A stretch of DNA of 64,000 bases from Chloroflexota bacterium (GTDB taxonomy: Bacteria > Chloroflexota > Anaerolineae > Promineifilales > Promineifilaceae): contig JABFFZ010000004.1 in the NCBI GenBank assembly GCA_013112725.1, forward strand, positions 24,147-88,146. The letters run 5' to 3'. The position numbers and the translations under genes are program-made. Below are positions 63,498 through 64,000 of the stretch, one piece after another. Position 1 is the stretch's first letter; each line of letters opens with the position of its first letter. A model generated the notes under the pieces. That model was not told the DNA's origin and did no database searches. It worked only from the letters and a program-made list of their open reading frames with translations.

Positions 63498-64000
63498 ATG
63501 ATGAAACGATTACCCCAACCTATTCCCTATCAGGGCAGCAAACGTGGTATAGCCCGGCAAATTTTGGCCCTCTTCCCTGAGCCGGTTGATACGCTGGTTG
63601 AACCCTTTGCCGGTTCGGCAGCCTTGTCTGTGGCCGCCGCCTATCACAAAAAGGCGACCCGATTTTTCCTCAATGATTTAAACAAACCGTTAACCGACCT
63701 GTTGGCGCGCATCATCAACCAGCCACAGCAAATTGCCGATGAGTATGAACGTTTATGGCGGGCACAATTGGGTCAGGAACGGGCGTATTATGATTATGTC
63801 CGGGATGAATTCAACAGAACGCATCGGCCTGATTATTTACTTTACTTACTGGCGCGCTGTGTCAAAGCCTCTGTTCGTTACAATGCTGATGGCGCCTTTA
63901 ATCAAAGCCCCGATAACCGGCGCAAAGGGCGTTTGCCGGAGAGTATGCGCCAGGAAATTTTTAATTTTTCCAGATTGTTGGCCGGACGAACCATCGTTAA
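63498..64000 (+). CDS. D12-class N6-adenine DNA methyltransferase (Dam family), N-terminal ~167 aa; runs off the right edge
   Basis: Absent from the ORF track because it is open-ended. Translation gives MMKRLPQPIPYQGSKRGIARQILALFPEPVDTLVEPFAGSAALSVAAAY...FLNDLN, showing the Y.G.K motif and the SAM-binding motif I (EPFAGSAA). The DPPY motif would lie beyond the window. Confidence 0.75.
   Translation, partial: MMKRLPQPIPYQGSKRGIARQILALFPEPVDTLVEPFAGSAALSVAAAYHKKATRFFLNDLNKPLTDLLARIINQPQQIADEYERLWRAQLGQERAYYDYVRDEFNRTHRPDYLLYLLARCVKASVRYNADGAFNQSPDNRRKGRLPESMRQEIFNFSRLLAGRTIV

Noticed and set aside
62998-64000. A restriction-modification or other defence system around the Dam-like methylase
   Set aside because: Only the N-terminal part of the methylase is inside the window, and the upstream ORF shows no nuclease features. 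The evidence is insufficient.

Overview
The window is a 64-kb chromosomal segment of about 58-60% GC by eye. It is densely coding, with roughly 55 protein genes. I saw no rRNA, tRNA, CRISPR array, transposase or integrase. The gene content points to a monoderm-type, probably filamentous Chloroflexota-like bacterium, but this taxonomic call is inference only. Supporting observations are an hrcA-grpE-dnaK-dnaJ-prmA operon behind a perfect CIRCE element, Pro/Thr-rich linkers in many secreted proteins, a Uma2 endonuclease and a CAP+LysM protein.

Recognisable blocks, left to right:
- ABC-F ATPase (partial) and an MBL-fold hydrolase.
- An M16 peptidase pair split by an accessory insert (Uma2, ClC channel, methyltransferase, yefM-yoeB).
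- acpS, hydrolases, a PIG-L deacetylase, CAP/LysM protein, trpF, and an ECF sigma/anti-sigma pair.
- A low-GC island encoding a multidomain M23 peptidase and three TolB-like beta-propeller paralogs.
- A YprB-like exonuclease, mobA and hemW.
- GAF histidine kinase, amylosucrase, a 1615-aa M36 surface protease and a fructokinase.
- A Zn peptidase, a GNAT protein and mmuM.
- A small low-GC module pairing an RHH/DUF5678 protein with a retropepsin-like protease.
- A Kelch protein and a lacI - sugar ABC transporter - treS operon.
- ADP-forming acyl-CoA synthetase, the heat-shock operon, an envelope glycan cluster and a partial Dam-type methylase.

The most unusual signals are at the DNA level:
1. 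The palindromic octamer ACGGCCGT occurs about 100 times by my hand count, against about 2 expected. It appears in all codon phases and in spacers, like cyanobacterial HIP1.
2. Almost every intergenic spacer is built from 7-8-nt tandem repeats arranged as inverted arms (STRR-like hairpins). Several run into gene 3' ends and supply C-terminal residues and stop codons.
3. There are at least two hairpin families, one showing compensatory substitutions.

At the gene level, the candidates for undescribed biology are the low-GC M23/TolB-like island, the RHH-DUF5678/retropepsin pair, and a shared [FIY]-[YL]-L-P-x-I-x-[KR] tail motif on two large secreted proteins. All coordinates, counts and GC values were obtained by reading the sequence, not by computation. 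Individual positions may be off by a base or two.
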